DNA of 10,314 nucleotides. Source: Candidatus Micrarchaeota archaeon (GTDB lineage: Archaea; B1Sed10-29; JAJRYS01). The DNA lies in contig CAZBZN010000025.1 of assembly GCA_964496415.1 (NCBI GenBank), positions 1 through 10,314 on the forward strand. The letters are read 5' to 3'. This document shows positions 6,819 to 10,314 of this stretch, piece after piece. Below the pieces are notes generated by a model. That model had not been told where the DNA came from, did no database searches, and saw nothing but the letters and a program-made list of their open reading frames with translations. A program made the translations under genes and the position numbers. How positions within the stretch are numbered: the first letter of the stretch is position 1; each line of letters starts with the position of its first letter.

Positions 6819-7452
6819 CAAGAACATAGCCATGTATTCTGGAAGAGCGATTTCTGATGAAAGTCCTGTATGCAAAAAAGCAATTGAACTGCTAAAATTA
6901 AAAAGTGGTGACGTGTTACTAGACGCTGGATGTGGAGCAGGAAACCTGTTAGTACTTGCTGAAAGAAAAAAGGTAAAAGTGGATTTACATGGCATAGATA
7001 TATCAGAAACCAACATAAGGATTGCTAAAGGAAGACTAAAAAAAACTAAACTAAAAGTAGGTAACATTACTAAACTTCCATACAAAAGTAAAAAATTTAA
7101 CAAGATAGCAATAATAGGAGTATTATTATATCTTACAGAAGAAGAATTAGAAAAAGCTGTAGAAGAAACTAACAGGGTCAGTTCACAAAACGCAGTAATA
7201 GTAATAAGAAACAACCAACCCTTAAATTATATTGGCAATAGAATAAAATTAATCCTCAGCATGCTTAAAGGGAAAAAAATAACTTTTACTGACAGGTATT
7301 ACCATCCAAACAAAATAATCTCTTTATTTGAAAAAAAAGGATTTAAATTAACAAGATTTGAAATAACAGCCGAGAAAAAAATAATAGACTGCAACCCAAT
7401 ACTAAGAAAAATTTTTGGAAGTGCTTGGTATATTTTCAGAAAGGGTGACTAA
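6802..7452 (+). CDS. Class I SAM-dependent methyltransferase
   Basis: LLDAGCGAG, GIDIS, GNITKLPY...FNK. Overlaps the upstream gene by 17 nt. Confidence 0.9.
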   Translation: MKKDSNKNIAMYSGRAISDESPVCKKAIELLKLKSGDVLLDAGCGAGNLLVLAERKKVKVDLHGIDISETNIRIAKGRLKKTKLKVGNITKLPYKSKKFNKIAIIGVLLYLTEEELEKAVEETNRVSSQNAVIVIRNNQPLNYIGNRIKLILSMLKGKKITFTDRYYHPNKIISLFEKKGFKLTRFEITAEKKIIDCNPILRKIFGSAWYIFRKGD

Positions 7453-8298
7453 ATGAAAAAAATAATTTTTAACCTTAACTTTGATGACTTCCACCCGCAG
7501 AATTCAAAGTATGGGGATTTTGGTGGAAATAAAGAAGGACTCTTTTCTTACATCAACGAATTGATCACCGAATACCCAAAAATAAAAATAACAATGTTCA
7601 CTGTTCCCAACTGGATTGACAAACCTGATGATCTGTTAGTAATTAAAGGAATAAAATACTTGCTAGGATTAAACTTTAACAATTCTTGGAAAGGGGAACC
7701 TTTTAGAATAGATAAGCATCCTGAATGGGTTGAATGGGTTAACGAGTATGTTAAAAAAGGAAACTTAGAAATAGCAATTCATGGTTTATATCATCATAAG
7801 GATAATACTTTTAGGCATTCAGCTGAATTTGAAGGTCTTGAATACGATGAATGCCTAACACGGCTTAGAAAAGCAGAAGAAATAATGAAAGAAGCTGGAT
7901 TGAAGTATGTACGTGGTTTCAGACCTCCTGGATGGGGAATTAGCGGTGGCCTTTTAAAAGCTCTTAAAGATTTAAAGTTTGAATTCGTGTCCTTGTTTGG
8001 TACTCCTTATAAACTTACTAACATATTTGAAATTGAAGGACTAGTAAACATTCCTCAAAATTATAGCATCTTAGAACCTGCTGAAGAGGGGTTAAGAATA
8101 GCACAAAAGTATGGGAAAGTTTACGCTAAAGGACATTACTCTCCAAGAAACGGAAGAGAAATTATTCCTAATGGATTAACTAAAGAGAACTTTAATAACC
8201 TCAAAACTTTGTTAGAAAGACTATCAGAAAACTATAAGTTAAGGTTCTTGTCAATGAAAGAGATAGCTAAAGAGTATAAAAGAGGTCGTCTTAGATGA
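7453..8298 (+). CDS. NodB/CE4-like polysaccharide deacetylase (DUF2334-like)
   Basis: FDD, EIAIHGLYH (HxxxH), EF and GFRPPGW motifs. Confidence 0.82.
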   Translation: MKKIIFNLNFDDFHPQNSKYGDFGGNKEGLFSYINELITEYPKIKITMFTVPNWIDKPDDLLVIKGIKYLLGLNFNNSWKGEPFRIDKHPEWVEWVNEYVKKGNLEIAIHGLYHHKDNTFRHSAEFEGLEYDECLTRLRKAEEIMKEAGLKYVRGFRPPGWGISGGLLKALKDLKFEFVSLFGTPYKLTNIFEIEGLVNIPQNYSILEPAEEGLRIAQKYGKVYAKGHYSPRNGREIIPNGLTKENFNNLKTLLERLSENYKLRFLSMKEIAKEYKRGRLR

Positions 8299-8957
8299 AA
8301 AAAAGATTCAGGGAAATGGGAAAAAATAAGTATAACCCCATAGAAGAAAAAACTGTAAAGTTTTTATCTTTAAGAATTGCAAGGCTCTTGAAAAATGTTA
8401 AAATAATCACTCCTAATAGAATCTCAATCTTCCGTCTCTTATTAGCGCTTTTAATAGCTTTTCTAATTACAAAAAAAGAACTAATAATATCAGCAGTGCT
8501 TGTTTATTTTTACTTCATGCTTGACAAACTTGATGGTGACCTGGCTAGAATCAGGAAAACAGAAAGTAATTCCGGCGCATTCATTGACTCAATTATTGAC
8601 AACTATTCTTTCATCATGTTAACAATAGCAGCAGCACTTGAGGCAGGAGTTACTAATCCCATCATTATAAGCATGGCTGTTACCTGTCCGATACTTTTTT
8701 TCTATCATTATTTTGGCCGTACTATTCACTTGGATACTGATTCAAAAAGAGTAAAAAGAGTGATGGAAAATTCAAGACTAAGGACTTTATTTGCTTTTAG
8801 CTATGGAAAATTGTACTTGTTGCTAATTGCCTGCTTATTGCTAAACATTCTTTATTATTTCTTATTAGTACTTGCATTACTTCAAGCGTATGTAATACTT
8901 TGGGTAATAGTATACGTCTATAGAGGGGTGAAAAATGAAAAAAAAGCCTTATCTTGA
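8295..8957 (+). CDS. CDP-alcohol phosphatidyltransferase family protein
   Basis: ITPNxIS and the full signature DxxDGxxAR-x7-GxxxDxxxD (DKLDGDLARIRKTESNSGAFIDSIID). ATGA overlap with the upstream gene. Confidence 0.92.
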   Translation: MKKRFREMGKNKYNPIEEKTVKFLSLRIARLLKNVKIITPNRISIFRLLLALLIAFLITKKELIISAVLVYFYFMLDKLDGDLARIRKTESNSGAFIDSIIDNYSFIMLTIAAALEAGVTNPIIISMAVTCPILFFYHYFGRTIHLDTDSKRVKRVMENSRLRTLFAFSYGKLYLLLIACLLLNILYYFLLVLALLQAYVILWVIVYVYRGVKNEKKALS

Positions 8958-9525
8958 AATTCAGCTTGAAAGCTTAAAAAACCCAAAAATAAAGAAATGG
9001 AGAGAAAAAGTCCAAGCAAAGTTTCTTCCGCAGTTCTATGAGTTTACAGGGTTAGATTTATCAAAAATGAAAGTGCTTGTATGCGCTTGTGGTTCTGGAT
9101 TTGAAGTTGAGCCCCTTCAAACTGAATGTAAAGAACTCTTGGGCATTGATATTGACAAAGAAAGTGTCAAATATTGCTCTAAGAACTTCAAAGGAAAATT
9201 TATGGTGGGTGATGCTGAAAACCTGAAATTTAAAGATAATGAATTTGATTTAGTGGTCTCTTGTTACACCCTTGAACATGTCAACAACTGGAAAAAAGCA
9301 CTGCATGAAATAATAAGAGTTGGAAAAAAAGCTTACATTAAAGTCCCTAACGGATTCTATCCTGACAACCATAAACCCGAAGAAAACGCTAAAAAAATAA
9401 ACCCCTTTGCTTTTGTAAAAGAATGTAAAAAGTACGGAAAAATAAAAGTTTCATGGGGTCCTTTTTACTGGCTTAAACCAACAGTAACTGTTTACTTAGA
9501 AAAATATAGCCTGGGTGAAGTTTGA
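8935..9525 (+). CDS. Class I SAM-dependent methyltransferase (type 11-like)
   Basis: VLVCACGSG, GIDID, GDAENLKFKDNEFDLV, LEHV, VPN. Confidence 0.88.
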   Translation: MKKKPYLEIQLESLKNPKIKKWREKVQAKFLPQFYEFTGLDLSKMKVLVCACGSGFEVEPLQTECKELLGIDIDKESVKYCSKNFKGKFMVGDAENLKFKDNEFDLVVSCYTLEHVNNWKKALHEIIRVGKKAYIKVPNGFYPDNHKPEENAKKINPFAFVKECKKYGKIKVSWGPFYWLKPTVTVYLEKYSLGEV

Positions 9526-9528
9526 TTG

Positions 9529-10314
9529 ATGTTTAAAAAAAAGAAGTTAGTTTCAATAATTATCCCAACATGGAATAATGAAGATGTAATAAAAGACTGT
9601 TTAGAGAGTTTAAGAAATCAGACTTATAAAAACATAGAAATTATAGTTATTGATAATTTTTCAAAAGATAAGACTTTTGAAATTGTAAAAAAGTATGGTG
9701 CAAAAGTTAAAAGGTTAAGGAGTAACATTTCTCAAGCTAGAAATGAAGGTGCTAAAATAGCTAAAGGGGAAATTTTAGTTTTTACCGACTCTGATTGTGA
9801 GTTTCCAAAGGATTATATTGAAAAGATAGTTAAAAAGATGAAAAAGTTTGATCTTATTGGCGGGAGAGATATTACAATTCCTTTTAATAAAAAAAGCTTA
9901 ACTCTTCTAGAAAGAACTTCTACTTTGGTTGAGGACTTAAGAAAACCAAAAACACCTATGCAAGTTGTCCATAGGATAAAAGCATGTAATTTAGCTATTA
10001 AGAAAAAAGTTTTTGAAAGTGTGAAAGGTTTTGATAACAGACAGGTTGCTTTAGAAGAGCCTGATATTTCTTTCAGAGTTCTCAAAAAAGGTTATAAAAT
10101 TTCTTTTGAACCAGACATTTTTGTTTATCATAAGAGAAGAACAACCTTAAAAGGGCTATTCAAACAGATGAAAAGAAATGGTGAAGGTAAGGCAACACTT
10201 TTACTGAAGCATGGGAGAGCTTTAATGAGAAAAATTGATTATTTTGTGGTAAGTTTTCCAATAGTGACAATTATTTTATTCTTGCTGTCTTTTTATAACA
10301 TATCATTTTTATTG
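9529..10314 (+). CDS. Family 2 glycosyltransferase, 3'-truncated by the window
   Basis: Hand translation open from ATG 9529 to the end: VSIIIPTWN, IIVIDNFSKD, ARNEG, FTDSD (DxD), GFD, EEPD, QMKRN, then the start of a TM segment. Missing from the ORF track because there is no stop. Confidence 0.92.
   Translation, partial: MFKKKKLVSIIIPTWNNEDVIKDCLESLRNQTYKNIEIIVIDNFSKDKTFEIVKKYGAKVKRLRSNISQARNEGAKIAKGEILVFTDSDCEFPKDYIEKIVKKMKKFDLIGGRDITIPFNKKSLTLLERTSTLVEDLRKPKTPMQVVHRIKACNLAIKKKVFESVKGFDNRQVALEEPDISFRVLKKGYKISFEPDIFVYHKRRTTLKGLFKQMKRNGEGKATLLLKHGRALMRKIDYFVVSFPIVTIILFLLSFYNISFLL

Noticed and set aside
7722..7739. Tandem 9-mer TGAATGGGT x2
   Set aside because: It simply encodes EWVEWV in the deacetylase and has only two copies.
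839..10085. Minus-strand ORFs in the track (839-1030, 1455-1871, 3480-3707, 4328-4708, 4709-4975, 6464-6736, 6753-7214, 9813-10085)
   Set aside because: All lie antisense to well-supported plus-strand genes and have no motifs; they are shadow ORFs.
1..10314. CRISPR array, transposase or integrase
   Set aside because: No regularly spaced repeats and no recombinase or transposase motifs were seen.

Overview
AT-rich archaeal window, most consistent with a DPANN-type genome (inference). On the minus strand, 554-760 is a tRNA-Ile with the rare UAU anticodon, an encoded CCA and two BHB-flanked introns (canonical 37/38, 45 nt; T-loop 59/60, 84 nt). Just downstream is an unannotated minus-strand unit with its own BRE/TATA and RBS. 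It holds two tandem paralogous short peptide ORFs (MK[I/V]FS leader; repeated aromatic-x-D/E core; the second interrupted by TGA), followed by a truncated ORF with an RRE/PqqD-like N-terminus, making it a candidate archaeal RiPP cluster. The plus strand carries a compact N-glycosylation locus: membrane protein, polyprenol/dolichol kinase, AglB and AglH/GPT. An A-rich tailoring block follows: a dTMP-kinase-like/nucleotidyltransferase fusion, two SAM methyltransferases, a NodB-like deacetylase, a CDP-alcohol phosphotransferase and a GT2 that runs off the window.
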